A DNA stretch of 64,000 nucleotides from NCBI GenBank assembly GCA_965261085.1, contig OZ253442.1, positions 3,424,001 to 3,488,000 of the forward strand, in the 5' to 3' direction. A program made the translations under genes and the position numbers. Of this stretch, positions 10,739 through 21,760 are shown in pieces. The notes under the pieces are model-generated. The model did not search any database, was not told where the DNA came from, and saw only the letters and a list, made by a program, of their open reading frames with translations. Source of the stretch: a bacterium. GTDB taxonomy: Bacteria; UBA8248. The stretch's first letter is position 1, and every line of letters begins with the position of its first letter.

Positions 10739-12525
10739 CCGCCCGCCGGGCGGATGGCGCGAAGCTCGAGTTGCACCCTGGTGGCGCCGCGCCAGCGGTT
10801 CAGGCCGGGGGAAAACGCGACGTCCAGCTTTCCCTTCAAGCGCTCCGGCTCCTTGAGCAAGGCCCCCATGCCGAAGCCGATGGCTTCTCTCTCCTCGCGG
10901 AACTGCCGCAAGTTCAGCTTTAAGTGCTCCCCCTCGCGGCCCACCACGCCGGGGCTTCCGGCCACCTCGACCCGGGAGGCGCAAAACAGGGGCCGCGGGT
11001 TCTCCTCCCCGAAAGGCGCCATACCTTCTAGTTGCTCCAGGAGCGGCACGTCCATTTCGGAAAAATCGACGCGGGCGTCAAGTACGAGCTCACGCTCATC
11101 CGCCCCGGATTTTTTCATCCCGCGAATCACCTCCTGGAAGCGCTCCCTGAAAGCGTCTATTTTCTCTTCCGCCACCTTCAGCCCCGCGGCTCCCTTGTGT
11201 CCGCCGAACTGGATCAACAGGTCTGTGCAGCACTCGAGCGCTTCATACACGTGAAGACCCATGGCCGAGCGAACGGAGCCCTTGCCCATCCCGTCCTTGA
11301 CGTGGATGAGAACCGAGGGCTGGTGATATTCCTCCACGAGCTTCGCGGCCACGATGCCCACCACGCCGGGGTGCCATTTGTCGCTCGCAAGCACGATGGC
11401 CTCATCACGCGCCTCGGCTCCCGATGATTCCATGATGGCCACCGCCTCCTCCCAGGCTTCCTGCTGCAAGTTCTGGCGCTGCCGGTTCCACTCCTCGAGA
11501 ACCTCCGCGCGCGAGCGCGCCTGGCCCTCGTCATCGGCGGTGAGAAGCTCGACGCCGAAAGAAGCTTCTCCCACCCGTCCCGCCGCGTTGAGCCTCGGCG
11601 CGAGGGTGAAGGAAACGTGCCCGGCATTGAGCGTCTGGGCTTTGAGGTTCGCCGCCGCTTGCAAGGCGCGAATCCCCGCCTTTCGCCGATCCAGGGTCTC
11701 GAACCCGCCTTCGGCCACTTCGGGGGGCGAGAGAATATCGAGCCCGTGGCGCACGAAAATGTGGTTCTCATCCCGCAGGGGAACAACGTCGGCCACCGTG
11801 CCCAACGCCACCAGGTCCAGGTGCTGTTTGAGGTTCGGCAGCGGCGCCCCGAACCCGCCCTCATGCAGGCGCCTTCTGAGGGCGGTGATGAGCTTGAACG
11901 CGACCCCGACTCCGCTGAGTCCTCGAAAGGGATATTCACAACCCATCTGGCGGGGATTCAGGATAGCTCGGGCGGGCGGCAATTCATCCGGCGGGCGGTG
12001 ATGATCGGTGATGATGAGGCGCACTCCCATCTGCTCGGCTTCTTTTGCGGCGGCATGCGCGCTGATTCCGCAATCGACCGTCACCACCGTGTCGCAGCCC
12101 GCCTCCTTGAGCTTTTCCAGACCCTTGCGGTGCAGGCCGTATCCCTCATCCAGGCGGCTCGGAATGTAGTAGGGAACCCTGACGCCCACCTGAGTGAGAA
12201 ACCGGCACATGAGCGCCGTAGCGGAGATGCCGTCCACGTCATAATCCCCATACACGCCGATGGGGCGGCGGTTTCTTACCCGCTCCACGAGGTGAGAGAC
12301 GGCCTCCTCCATTCCTTTCATCAGAAACGGATCGTGCAATCCCGCCAGGGGGGCATCCAGGAACTTGCGCGCCTCGCCGGGGTTTTGAATTCCCCTTTGC
12401 GCGAGCAGCTTTCCTATCAGAGGGGGGACGTTCAATTCTCGAGAAAGTTTTTCGGCCGATTCCTCATCGACGGGACGCAGCGTCCATATGCGGGGAAAAG
12501 CGCGCGGGCCGGTGGAATTGCTCAT
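10735..12525 (-). CDS. recJ: Single-stranded-DNA-specific exonuclease
   Basis: YGDYDVDG, TVDCG, TDHH, LGTVADVVPL, PRLNAAGR, FGGHKGAAG; start uncertain. Confidence 0.96.
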   Translation of the reverse strand: MSNSTGPRAFPRIWTLRPVDEESAEKLSRELNVPPLIGKLLAQRGIQNPGEARKFLDAPLAGLHDPFLMKGMEEAVSHLVERVRNRRPIGVYGDYDVDGISATALMCRFLTQVGVRVPYYIPSRLDEGYGLHRKGLEKLKEAGCDTVVTVDCGISAHAAAKEAEQMGVRLIITDHHRPPDELPPARAILNPRQMGCEYPFRGLSGVGVAFKLITALRRRLHEGGFGAPLPNLKQHLDLVALGTVADVVPLRDENHIFVRHGLDILSPPEVAEGGFETLDRRKAGIRALQAAANLKAQTLNAGHVSFTLAPRLNAAGRVGEASFGVELLTADDEGQARSRAEVLEEWNRQRQNLQQEAWEEAVAIMESSGAEARDEAIVLASDKWHPGVVGIVAAKLVEEYHQPSVLIHVKDGMGKGSVRSAMGLHVYEALECCTDLLIQFGGHKGAAGLKVAEEKIDAFRERFQEVIRGMKKSGADERELVLDARVDFSEMDVPLLEQLEGMAPFGEENPRPLFCASRVEVAGSPGVVGREGEHLKLNLRQFREEREAIGFGMGALLKEPERLKGKLDVAFSPGLNRWRGATRVQLELRAIRPAGG

Positions 12526-12604
12526 CGGCCCTTCAAGCCCCCTTACTCCACCCGCAACCGCTGCGCCGGCAGAGTCGACCCGAAACATGCGCATCGCTCA
12601 TATG

Positions 12605-14404
12605 TCACTCACGACTACGCCCGCCCAGGGCGCTTTTCGAGGGCCACGCGGCGTCATCGTCCGCCGGGGCCGCTTCGGCCGAGTTCTCCGCGGACGATTC
12701 GCCCTCGGAATCATCTTCAGGGGATTCGGCCTTCGGGACGATTCCCGGGCCGAGTTCCTCGAGTTCACCCTCCCCGGCCGGTCCCTGGCGCGGAGAGGCG
12801 CGCCTGCGCCATCCGTCTCTGATGGAAGGCTTCGGCATGGAGCGCGCCATCATCTCGCGGGCCCCCTTGAAATGAGCTTTCACGGGGTTCGAAAAATTCC
12901 GGTTCAACGAAACCATTGCGCGAACCAGCGCGCCCGTGAGATTTTTGGGCCGGCAGGCATTTCCATTCATGAGAACCGAGAAAGCGAGAATTTCCCCGTT
13001 TTTTGCGGCTGCGTATCCACTAAAGGCGCGCACGCCGTTCAACACGCCCGTCTTCACCCGCACCCGGCGCGAATCGACCCCTCGGCGACGTCTTTTTTCC
13101 ACCGTGCCGTCGACGCCGAACACGGCCAGAGACGCCATGAACTCGGGCCGCAGCCTGAAATCGTTATGCGCCGCTTCAAGCAGGGTCGCCAGAGCGCGCG
13201 GCGAGGCGCGGTTCATCCTGCTCAAGCCAGAACCATCGGCGAGGACGATCTCCTTCGCCGAGACGCCGCTGGAGATCAGGAAATCCCGCACCACCCGGAG
13301 ACCTTTTTCCGCGGTGCCCGGCGCGCCGTGCGCTTCCGCGCCCATTGTCTTGAGAACCTGTTCGGCCACGAAATTGTTGCTGAACTTGTTGAGCCCCCGA
13401 ACCACCTCGCTCAAGGGCGGCGAGAGGTTTCGCGCCAGAAGCTTCGCATCGGGCGGCGTGGCGGCCCGCCGTATCCCTCCCTTCAAGACGATTCCCTGCC
13501 TCCCCAGTTCGGCGGCGACCGCACCGGCGGTGAAGGCGGTGGGGTCCGTGACGGGCACCCGGTACCTCTTCATCCTGTTTCCCGCCGGAATCGAACCACT
13601 TACAAGAACGACGTCCATTCCCTTGGAGCGAGTGCGCCCGAGCCGGATTCTCAGACGTCTGCGCGAGGTTTTCACCCTCGCCCGGAGTCGAAGCGCGCGC
13701 GATGGCGGCTCAAGATGCGCCCTGGCCGGGCCGCCGACCCTATCGCCCGGGGCCACGAGCACGTTCGCCAGACCGAAATTCAGGGATAACGCCCCGTGCG
13801 GCGCCAGATAGGGCCGGATGGAGCGGCCCACGCGCCACCCGCGACCGTGTTTTTTCTTATCGAAAAACGTATCGTCCGCCACCAGAACGCCCGTGATGCG
13901 CCTCACGCCGCGCAACTTGAGCCTACGCACCAAGTCGCGCATTTTTTCATGCACGAAAAGCGGATCGCCGTAGCCCTTCAGATAAAGGTCACCTCGGACG
14001 ACGCCGTCCCGAACCTTGCCCTTCGCGTAAAAATCGGTGGCGAAGCGGTAGTCCGGCCCCAGGCGCGCAAGCGCGGCGGCGGCCGTGAAGAGTTTGACGT
14101 TCGACGCGGGTATGCGTCTCGCGGCGGCGTTATGGGAGTAGAGCGTCTGCGCGGTGGAAACCGAACGAACGTAAAGACCCAGGCGTCCTGGGCGGGCGCA
14201 TTGCCTCTTGACGGCGCGCTTCACCCTGGCCTGGAAGACGGCCTTAGACGTGATGCCTTTTTTCGAAGCGACCCTTTTTTTCGGAGCGCGCCTTTTTCTT
14301 GCGGCGAAGGCGTCCGACGCGCACAAGGCGGTAAGGCACAAAAGAATCGCCCAAATGGAGAACCTAAAAAACCGGCCCGCTGAGTCTTGCTTCCAGAATC
14401 TCAT
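12605..14404 (-). CDS. dacB: D-alanyl-D-alanine carboxypeptidase/endopeptidase (PBP4 family)
   Basis: PASNVK (SxxK), GYGDP, SNN (SxN), DGSGLSR, KTG; signal peptide; acidic low-complexity tail. Confidence 0.92.
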   Translation of the reverse strand: MRFWKQDSAGRFFRFSIWAILLCLTALCASDAFAARKRRAPKKRVASKKGITSKAVFQARVKRAVKRQCARPGRLGLYVRSVSTAQTLYSHNAAARRIPASNVKLFTAAAALARLGPDYRFATDFYAKGKVRDGVVRGDLYLKGYGDPLFVHEKMRDLVRRLKLRGVRRITGVLVADDTFFDKKKHGRGWRVGRSIRPYLAPHGALSLNFGLANVLVAPGDRVGGPARAHLEPPSRALRLRARVKTSRRRLRIRLGRTRSKGMDVVLVSGSIPAGNRMKRYRVPVTDPTAFTAGAVAAELGRQGIVLKGGIRRAATPPDAKLLARNLSPPLSEVVRGLNKFSNNFVAEQVLKTMGAEAHGAPGTAEKGLRVVRDFLISSGVSAKEIVLADGSGLSRMNRASPRALATLLEAAHNDFRLRPEFMASLAVFGVDGTVEKRRRRGVDSRRVRVKTGVLNGVRAFSGYAAAKNGEILAFSVLMNGNACRPKNLTGALVRAMVSLNRNFSNPVKAHFKGAREMMARSMPKPSIRDGWRRRASPRQGPAGEGELEELGPGIVPKAESPEDDSEGESSAENSAEAAPADDDAAWPSKSALGGRSRE

Positions 14405-14456
14405 ATTCGGTGTCCGTCACGCGCCGGGCGGGGGGCGGGAATACCGGGTATTATTC

Positions 14457-15041
14457 TCACAAAAAAGCGAGGGCCTGCATCACCTGCTGAACCGTCGGGC
14501 GGTCGCTAGGATATTTGCCCAGATGAACGTAGCGAACCACGCCGTTCTTGTCGATGATGATGGTGGAGGGCCGGGCGATCCCCTCTCTCGGATGAAGCAC
14601 CCCGAAGCCTTTGATGATTCGCTTCTTCGCATCCGAGATCAGCAGATACCGTATGCCCAACTCCCGTGTCGTCTTGTTCATTTCAAGCGCATTGTCCGCG
14701 CTGATGGCGATGATTTCGGTCTGAAACCGATGAATTTTCTCGGAAAATCGCTGGAACTCGACGAGTTGCCGTTGGCAAATCACTCAAAAGTGACCCCGAT
14801 AGAAAATTATCACGAGATTCTTCTTGCCCTTGAGGTCGGACAGCTTGAAGCCCTGGATTTCGAACTCATGCGCCTTATCCCCCACCTTGAGGCGATTCTC
14901 GTCGAAAGGCGCGGCCGCCGCCATACCCACGCTCATGAGTACGAAGGCGAGCGCCATCGCCGCCAGGCGCAAAGTTCGCTTCAACTGACACCTGCTCCAT
15001 CTCATCGGGGAAAACCTCCGGGTCATCGAGTCAAAAATCAC
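14457..15041 (-). CDS. Exported peroxiredoxin-like (AhpC/TSA, redoxin) selenoprotein, UxxC, in-frame TGA at 14784-14786
   Basis: Two abutting in-frame ORFs join as ...IIFYRGHF-U-VICQRQL...IAISAD...LISD...PSTIIIDKNGVVRY; SECIS-like hairpin downstream of the TGA; start codon uncertain. Confidence 0.85.
14753..14770 (-). promoter_or_regulatory. Candidate bacterial SECIS hairpin
   Basis: Minus strand GG(C)AACUC-GUC-GAGUU-CC, first loop G at +22 after the UGA. Confidence 0.6.
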
Positions 15042-15133
15042 CGCCGAGGCGAATCTTAATCCGCCCGGAACGGGCTGTAAACCACGAGGACGCGCCGCAT
15101 TGACGATAAGACGCGGCGTATGCGAATCTCCAC

Positions 15134-16711
15134 ATGTCTCCCGCCCGCCGGTATATTCAGGTGAAAAACAAATCGCTCGCTCTTCTCGTCCTCATGCTTA
15201 CGTGCGCGTTTTTATCCGCCTGCGGGGAGAAGCGTTCAGCGAAAGGCGACGCCATCGTCGTCGGCATCGGAACCAACCCCACGCAACTCGACCCGAGGCT
15301 ATCACAAGACGCCGTCTCCTCTAAGGTGCAGCGCTTCATTTTTAGCCGTCTGATATCGAGAAATCACGAGGGCCGCATCGTCCTGGAACTCGCCGAGCGC
15401 TGGGAGCGGCCCACGCCTCTCGTTCACCGCTTTGAACTCAGGCGCGGGGTGCGTTTTCACAATGGCGAAGCCCTCACGTCATCCGACGTGAAGTATACCT
15501 TCGACTCCATTCGCGACCCTTCTCTCGCCTCCCCCAAGGCGGCGGGACTCAAAGAACTCGCGCGCATCGAAACACCCACGCCGCACAGGGTCGTATTTCA
15601 TCTTACAGAACCCTCCGCCTCGTTCGCGGAATCCCTGATGGTCGGCATCCTCCCCAAAAGCGCTCGCGAAGCGGGGAGGCGCTTCGCCCAAAAACCAGTC
15701 GGCACCGGCCCGTTCGAGTTCGTGGAATTCGCGCCGGACGAGCGTATCACCTTGAAGGCGTTCGCCAATCATTTCGGCGGTAAGCCCGCCTTCGAGCGCC
15801 TCATCTTCCGGATTCTGCCCGAGGAGACCATCCGCGTCTTAGAACTCGAAAGCGGCGGCGTCGACTTTCTCCAGAACTCCTTTTCGCCCGACATTTTGCC
15901 ACGCTTCATCAACAACAAGCGGCTCAAGATTCGAAAGCGCCTGGGCACGAACTTCAGCTACATCGGCTTCAACATGAGCGACCCGATTCTCTCGAAGCTC
16001 AAGGTGCGTCGCGCGCTAGCCCACGCCATCGACAGGAGGCCCATCGTGCGCTTCATCCACAAGGGTCTCGTCCAGGAGGCGGTCAGCCTGCTGCCGCCGG
16101 ATCATTGGGCGCACCAAAAAGGCCTTCCAACTTATGCACACCGCCCCGAACTGGCGAAAAAGCTCCTCGATGAGGCGGGCTTCCCCGACCCGGACGGGCC
16201 GGGACCCGCCCCGCGCTTCACGCTCGTCTACAAAACCTCGCAAAACGAGTTGGGCCGCCGTATCGCCACCGTGCTCGGCCATCAACTCGACCGCGTGGGG
16301 ATAAAGATGAAAATCCGCTCCTATGAGTGGGGTACGTTTTTCGGCGACATCAGAAACGGAAATTTCCAGCTCTACAGCCTGACGTGGGTCGGCATATCGG
16401 ACCCCGACATCTACCGCTATATCTTTCACAGCCGCTTCATGCCGCCGGCCGGCTTAAACCGGGGCCGCTACAAAAACGCGCGCGTGGACGCGCTCCTAGA
16501 AGACGCTCGCCAACCCATCGCTCCAGAGGCCCGCGCCCGCATCTACGGCGAGGTGCAGCGCATCCTGGGCGATGAGCTTCCCTATATCAATTTGTGGCAC
16601 AGCGTGAACGTGGCCGTCTTCGACAAGCGCATATCGGGGTATCGGGTGTTCCCGGACGCGGACTTCATCTCGCTGGCGAAAGCCACGCTCTCCCCGGCGG
16701 CGAGGCGATAG
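15134..16711 (+). CDS. Peptide/nickel ABC transporter substrate-binding lipoprotein (SBP family 5)
   Basis: Lipobox FLSAC, LRRGVRFHNGE, PVGTGPF, VRRALAHAIDR. Confidence 0.9.
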   Translation: MSPARRYIQVKNKSLALLVLMLTCAFLSACGEKRSAKGDAIVVGIGTNPTQLDPRLSQDAVSSKVQRFIFSRLISRNHEGRIVLELAERWERPTPLVHRFELRRGVRFHNGEALTSSDVKYTFDSIRDPSLASPKAAGLKELARIETPTPHRVVFHLTEPSASFAESLMVGILPKSAREAGRRFAQKPVGTGPFEFVEFAPDERITLKAFANHFGGKPAFERLIFRILPEETIRVLELESGGVDFLQNSFSPDILPRFINNKRLKIRKRLGTNFSYIGFNMSDPILSKLKVRRALAHAIDRRPIVRFIHKGLVQEAVSLLPPDHWAHQKGLPTYAHRPELAKKLLDEAGFPDPDGPGPAPRFTLVYKTSQNELGRRIATVLGHQLDRVGIKMKIRSYEWGTFFGDIRNGNFQLYSLTWVGISDPDIYRYIFHSRFMPPAGLNRGRYKNARVDALLEDARQPIAPEARARIYGEVQRILGDELPYINLWHSVNVAVFDKRISGYRVFPDADFISLAKATLSPAARR

Positions 16712-17632
16712 ATGAGAAAATTCCTACTGAGGCGCATTCTGCTCCTCATCCCCGTGCTGTGGGGGGTGACGACGATCGTTTTCATCGTCACCCAAGTGCT
16801 GCCGGGCGACCCGGTGGATCTGATGCTGGGCGAGACCGCCCGCCCCGCACAGCGCGAACAACTGCGCAAGACGCTGGGGCTGGACAGGCCGCTCGGCGTT
16901 CAATACGCCGAATACATGGGCGGGCTGCTGCGCGGGGATCTGGGCACCTCGCTCCACCAGAGGAGAGCGGTGTCTGCCATCATCTTCGAGCGCACCCACG
17001 CTTCGGCGGAACTCACGTTCGCCTCGATGGCCGTCGCTCTGCTCATCTCGCTCCCACTGGGAATCGCGGCGGCGCGCCGACAGGGCACGGGAATCGACCT
17101 CGCGGCCGGCTTTTTCGCCGTGGCGGGCGCGAGCATACCCGTCTTCTGGCTCGGGCCGCTGCTCATCATCGTCTTCTCCATCGGCCTCGGCTGGCTGCCC
17201 GTCTCGGGTAGGGAGGGAGTTTTGAGCCTCATTCTCCCCGCCGTGACGCTCGGCGCCGCCCTCTCTCCGATACTGATGCGCATGGCGCGCTCGAGTCTTC
17301 TGGAGGTGCTGCCGCAAGACTACATCAGCACGGCGCGCGCGAAGGGCATCTCGGAAAGGCGGGTGCTCTGGCTCCACGCGCTCAAGAACGCGTGCCTGCC
17401 GCTCATCACGATCTTGAGCCTCCAGCTAGGCGCCCTGCTCTCGGGCGCCATCATCACGGAAACCGTCTTCGCCTGGCCCGGCGTGGGCCGACTGGTGATT
17501 CAGGCCATCGCCTCGCGCGACTACCCGCTCGTTCAGGGTTGCGTGCTGTTCATCGCCGCCATCTACGTGAGCGCGAACTTTCTGGCCGACATCGCCTACG
17601 CCTGGCTCGACCCGCGCGTGAGGCTCACATGA
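16712..17632 (+). CDS. Peptide ABC transporter permease (DppB/OppB family)
   Basis: PGDPV, GDLGTSL, DYISTARAKG, LDPRVR. Confidence 0.92.
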   Translation: MRKFLLRRILLLIPVLWGVTTIVFIVTQVLPGDPVDLMLGETARPAQREQLRKTLGLDRPLGVQYAEYMGGLLRGDLGTSLHQRRAVSAIIFERTHASAELTFASMAVALLISLPLGIAAARRQGTGIDLAAGFFAVAGASIPVFWLGPLLIIVFSIGLGWLPVSGREGVLSLILPAVTLGAALSPILMRMARSSLLEVLPQDYISTARAKGISERRVLWLHALKNACLPLITILSLQLGALLSGAIITETVFAWPGVGRLVIQAIASRDYPLVQGCVLFIAAIYVSANFLADIAYAWLDPRVRLT

Positions 17633-18438
17633 AGCGCCGCCTTTCCATCTACCTGGGCGGCGGCATCATCGCCCTTTTGCTGGTCGCCACCCTGGCCGCC
17701 CCCCTTCTCTCGCCCCAAGACCCCTACGAGATGCAGCTACCCAAAGGGCTGGAGGCTCCCGAGACGGCGCACCCCTTCGGGCGGGACAAGCTCGGCCGCG
17801 ACATTTTGAGCCGGGTGCTGCACGGCGGGAGAATCTCGCTCACCGTGGGCTTCGCCACCGTCTCGGTATCCGTGTTGCTGGGCGTCATCATCGGAGGAAT
17901 CGCGGGCTATCTCGGCGGGGTGTGGGATGAGGCGATCATGCGCGTCACCGACGTGTTTCTGGCCTTCCCGGGCATTCTGCTCGCCATCGCCCTCATGTCC
18001 GTGCTCGCACCGAGCCTGTGGAACATCGTCATATCGCTCTCCGTGTTCGGGTGGGTGGGCTACGCGCGCCTCGTCCGCGCTCAGGTGCTGGCGCTGCGCG
18101 AGCGTGAATTCGTAACCGCCGCCCACGCCGCGGGCGCCACGCCCGGGCGAATCCTCACCCACCACCTGCTCACGAACATCATCTCCCCGGTCATCGTGGA
18201 AGCGAGCATCGGCATGGCGGGAGCGATTCTCGCCGAATCGGGACTCTCGTTCCTGGGATTGGGAATTCAGCCGCCCGAGCCGAGTTGGGGGGCGATGCTG
18301 GCCGAGGGGCGCGATTTTCTGCTCGTCGCCCCGCACCTGACGATTTATCCGGGAATCGCCATCGCCCTCACCGTCATGGGCCTGAACATACTGGGCGATG
18401 GGTTGAGAGACCTGCTCGACCCGACTCAGAAGAGATAG
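17629..18438 (+). CDS. Peptide ABC transporter permease (DppC/OppC family)
   Basis: HPFGRDKLGRD, LSFLGLGIQPPEPSWG, GDGLRDLLDP; start MKRR overlaps the upstream stop (ATGA). Confidence 0.92.
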   Translation: MKRRLSIYLGGGIIALLLVATLAAPLLSPQDPYEMQLPKGLEAPETAHPFGRDKLGRDILSRVLHGGRISLTVGFATVSVSVLLGVIIGGIAGYLGGVWDEAIMRVTDVFLAFPGILLAIALMSVLAPSLWNIVISLSVFGWVGYARLVRAQVLALREREFVTAAHAAGATPGRILTHHLLTNIISPVIVEASIGMAGAILAESGLSFLGLGIQPPEPSWGAMLAEGRDFLLVAPHLTIYPGIAIALTVMGLNILGDGLRDLLDPTQKR

Positions 18439-18893
18439 AGGAAATACCAGCGCCGTTTTTTCTTCTTCTCTTTTTTCACGGCGGCGGGGGGAGCCTCTTG
18501 CTTGGGCGCAGGGCCCTCCCCCTTTTCTCTTTTCAGACGAGGGACGGGCTGCGGCTTGGGGATATTGGCGATGTCCACCAAAACGCCATGCGGAAAGGTG
18601 GTGCTGCGCTGCTCTTTTTTGAAAAACGTCTCGGGCCGAACGAGGTGGCATGCAAGGCACTGGCTAGCGGCGCGCAACGGGCTTTTTTCATCATACCGAA
18701 GCTGTTGCTTCTCGACGTGCGGGGCTTCCTGGAAGCTAGCGTGCAGATGGCAGCTTTGGCAGTAGGACGTGACGACTACGTTTTCTTCCACAGGGGCAAG
18801 AGAACCGCGCACCGCCCTTTCTATGGGCTTTTGCTGACAAGCGGAAACGAGCAGCAAGCAGACCGCCAATCCCATGAACCATAAGTTCTTCAT
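18426..18893 (-). CDS. Small di-haem c-type cytochrome lipoprotein
   Basis: Lipobox LVSAC; two CxxCH motifs (CQSCH, CLACH); GGAG upstream of MKNL. Confidence 0.7.
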   Translation of the reverse strand: MKNLWFMGLAVCLLLVSACQQKPIERAVRGSLAPVEENVVVTSYCQSCHLHASFQEAPHVEKQQLRYDEKSPLRAASQCLACHLVRPETFFKKEQRSTTFPHGVLVDIANIPKPQPVPRLKREKGEGPAPKQEAPPAAVKKEKKKKRRWYFLYLF

Positions 18894-18995
18894 CCTGCCG
18901 CTCCAAGAAATGTCCATCCAGAAAAAAGCGCTTCGTTCCGCTCATGAGCGCGCAGTATACGAACTGCGCCTTCGCGCCGCAACGAAGCCGCGCCT

Positions 18996-19409
18996 TCAGG
19001 CGCTTTCCCTACGCTCGGCCACCGCTTCACGCACATAGGCGACGATGTCCTCCATCGTCGCGCCCGGGGTGAAAATCTCATCCACCCCCTTTTGCTTGAG
19101 CAAGGGAATATCCGCATCCGGCACGATGCCGCCCCCGAAGAGCAGGACGTCCTCCATGCCGTGTTTGTCGAGCAATTCACGAATCCTGGGAAACAGGTGG
19201 TTGTGGGCGCCGGAGAGAATCGAGAGGCCCACGCAGTCGACGTCCTCCTGCATGGCGATCGAGGCGATTTGCTCGGGCGTCTGGCGGATGCCCGTATAGA
19301 TCACCTCCATACCGGCGTCCCTGAGCGCGCGCGCTACCACCTTGGCCCCCCTGTCGTGGCCGTCGAGGCCGGGTTTGCCCACCAGCACCCGTATTTTTCT
19401 CTCACTCAT
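18996..19409 (-). CDS. Cobalamin-binding small subunit of the methylmalonyl/isobutyryl-CoA mutase family
   Basis: [12 protein letters not shown] (DxHxxG), [20 protein letters not shown]. Confidence 0.93.
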   Translation of the reverse strand: MSERKIRVLVGKPGLDGHDRGAKVVARALRDAGMEVIYTGIRQTPEQIASIAMQEDVDCVGLSILSGAHNHLFPRIRELLDKHGMEDVLLFGGGIVPDADIPLLKQKGVDEIFTPGATMEDIVAYVREAVAERRESA

Positions 19410-19546
19410 CCGCCGCCTCCGCGCTTCGATGTAATCCGAAAGGTTCCAGCCCCGATTATCCTGCAAAGAAAGCCGCGTTTCAAATGAACTCAGGAGTGTG
19501 TCGACTTTTCCCGTAAGTTTTCGTAACCTCAGAGAATCAGAAATAT

Positions 19547-21619
19547 ATGACAATGCGCCAAATCGCCCCACAGGATTCTCACATGACACCCACACGGGAA
19601 ATTTACTGGAACATCGTCTTGGGCCCGTTGGTCTACCTCTTCGCCGCGGCGGCGATCGGTGTGATGTCCTACGGTATCTACCAGCGCGTGCGCCTGTGGC
19701 GCCTGGGCGGCGGCGAGATGAGAACAGACAATCCGGTAAAACGCCTCTGGGGCGTGGTGGATGAGTTGGTGCTCCACCGCCGGATGCTGCGGGATACCTA
19801 CCCCGGCCTCATGCACCTGTTCATCTTCTATGGTTTTTTCGCCGAACTCATCGCCACTTCGATGATAGCCGTTCAGGAATGGACGGGAATCCACTATCTC
19901 AAGGGAAACCTCTACCTGGGCTACTCGCTGCTCAGCGACGGATTCGGGCTGTTGGGGATCGTCGGCATCCTGATGGCCCTCTGGCGACGCCTGGTGGTGA
20001 AGCCTGAACGCATGAACTCCGTGCTGGACGACTACCTCGCGCTGTGGCTGCTCCTGCTCGTCTTCGTTCAAGGCTTCGTCGTGGAGGGGCTGCGCATCGC
20101 GGCGACCGAACTCAGGCAGAACCCGGCCCTGGCCCCGTGGTCGCCGGGCGGCTACGCGGTCGCCCTGACCTTGCAGGGGCTGAGCGTCGAGACGCTTCAA
20201 TTCCTCCACCGCATCAACTGGTGGTTCCACGCCGTCACCGCATTCCTGCTGCTCGGCTACATGGGTTTCGGGAAATTCAACCACATCTGGTACGGCTTGT
20301 TGAACATATTCTGCAGAAATCTGGGACCCAGCGGCAAGCTGAGCTTCATCGACATCGAGGCGACGATGGAAGCGGACCCCGAGGCGCTGGAAACCCTGGG
20401 CGTGGAGAAAATCGAGGGGTACACCTGGAAGAATCTACTGGACCTGGACGCATGCACGAACTGCGGCCGCTGCCAGGACGTCTGCCCCGCCTATATAAGC
20501 GGCGTGCCGCTCAGCCCCCAAAAGCTGATTCAGGACATGAAGGCGCATTTGAGCGAGGCGGGCACGGCGGCGCTCGCGGAAAACGGAGAAGCGGGCGAGA
20601 GGCCGCCCCTGTTCGGCGAGCCCGGGGACAGGCCCGCAGTTCTCGAGGAAGAACTCTGGGGCTGCCGCACCTGCGGGGCCTGCCAGCAGGAGTGCCCCGT
20701 CTTCATCGAGCACATCCCCAAAATGGTGGACATGCGCCGCTACCTGGTGATGATGGAATCGAAGACGAGCGAGGACGCGCGTCAGTTCTTAAAGTCGATG
20801 GACGAGCGGCTCCACCCCTGGGTGGGCGCCCAGCACAACCGGGAGGAATGGTACGAGGGTCTCGACGTAAAAGTCCTCTCGAGCGGCGAGAAGGCGGAAT
20901 ATCTCTATTGGGTGGGCTGTACGGGTTCGATGATCGACCGCAACATCGAGGTGTCCAAGGCGATGGTGAAGATTCTCGCCGCCGCGGGCGTCGACTTCGC
21001 CATCCTGGGCGCGGAGGAAGTCTGCACGGGCGATCCGGCCCGGCGCGCCGGGGGGGAATTCACCTTTCAGATATGCGCGAAGCAGAACATCGAGACGCTG
21101 GGCGGCTATGGGGTGAAGAAAATCATCACCACCTGCCCCCATTGCTTCAACACCTATAAGAACGAATACCCCGACTTCGGGGGAAACTACGAGGTGGTGC
21201 ACCACACGCAGCTCATCGCGGAACTGATAAAATCAGGAAAACTCAAGCTCAAGAAATCGCTCGGCTCCCTCACCTACCACGACCCCTGCTACCTGGGCCG
21301 CCACAACGGCGTATACGACGCTCCGCGCGAGGTTCTCCACCAGATATCGGACGGCGGCTTCACCGAACTGGGGCGCAACCGCTCGCGCGCGCTCTGCTGC
21401 GGCGCGGGGGGCGGCTACGCCTGGATGGACGATGACCCGAAAAAGCGCATCAACCACGAGCGGATCGAGGACGTAAAGGCCTGCGGGGCCAAAACAGCCG
21501 CCGTCTCCTGCCCCTTCTGCATGCAGATGTTCGATGACGCCTTAAAGGCGCTCGACCCCGAGAAGAACATCCGCGCCGCCGACATCGCCGAACTCGTCGC
21601 CGAGGCGATTGAGGAGTAG
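19547..21619 (+). CDS. Membrane Fe-S oxidoreductase (FadF / HdrD-like: NarI-like TM domain, 2x[4Fe-4S], CCG domains)
   Basis: N-terminal TM helices with His, [49 protein letters not shown]. Confidence 0.9.
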   Translation: MTMRQIAPQDSHMTPTREIYWNIVLGPLVYLFAAAAIGVMSYGIYQRVRLWRLGGGEMRTDNPVKRLWGVVDELVLHRRMLRDTYPGLMHLFIFYGFFAELIATSMIAVQEWTGIHYLKGNLYLGYSLLSDGFGLLGIVGILMALWRRLVVKPERMNSVLDDYLALWLLLLVFVQGFVVEGLRIAATELRQNPALAPWSPGGYAVALTLQGLSVETLQFLHRINWWFHAVTAFLLLGYMGFGKFNHIWYGLLNIFCRNLGPSGKLSFIDIEATMEADPEALETLGVEKIEGYTWKNLLDLDACTNCGRCQDVCPAYISGVPLSPQKLIQDMKAHLSEAGTAALAENGEAGERPPLFGEPGDRPAVLEEELWGCRTCGACQQECPVFIEHIPKMVDMRRYLVMMESKTSEDARQFLKSMDERLHPWVGAQHNREEWYEGLDVKVLSSGEKAEYLYWVGCTGSMIDRNIEVSKAMVKILAAAGVDFAILGAEEVCTGDPARRAGGEFTFQICAKQNIETLGGYGVKKIITTCPHCFNTYKNEYPDFGGNYEVVHHTQLIAELIKSGKLKLKKSLGSLTYHDPCYLGRHNGVYDAPREVLHQISDGGFTELGRNRSRALCCGAGGGYAWMDDDPKKRINHERIEDVKACGAKTAAVSCPFCMQMFDDALKALDPEKNIRAADIAELVAEAIEE

Positions 21620-21760
21620 AGCAAACCCCCCTGCGCGACCGGCGCGCTCGTGAGGCCGCCGCGCTCTCAACAATTAATTAACGAAACCGACCTTTTGACG
21701 CACCGTGCGCATTCGGCGGGGCTGGTTGCGCCCAGCCAGTGGCTCTGGAAATCCGCCCCG

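Noticed and set aside
15134-18438. Peptide ABC operon lacking ATPase genes
   Set aside because: ATPases are often encoded elsewhere and the three genes are intact, so this is not notable on its own
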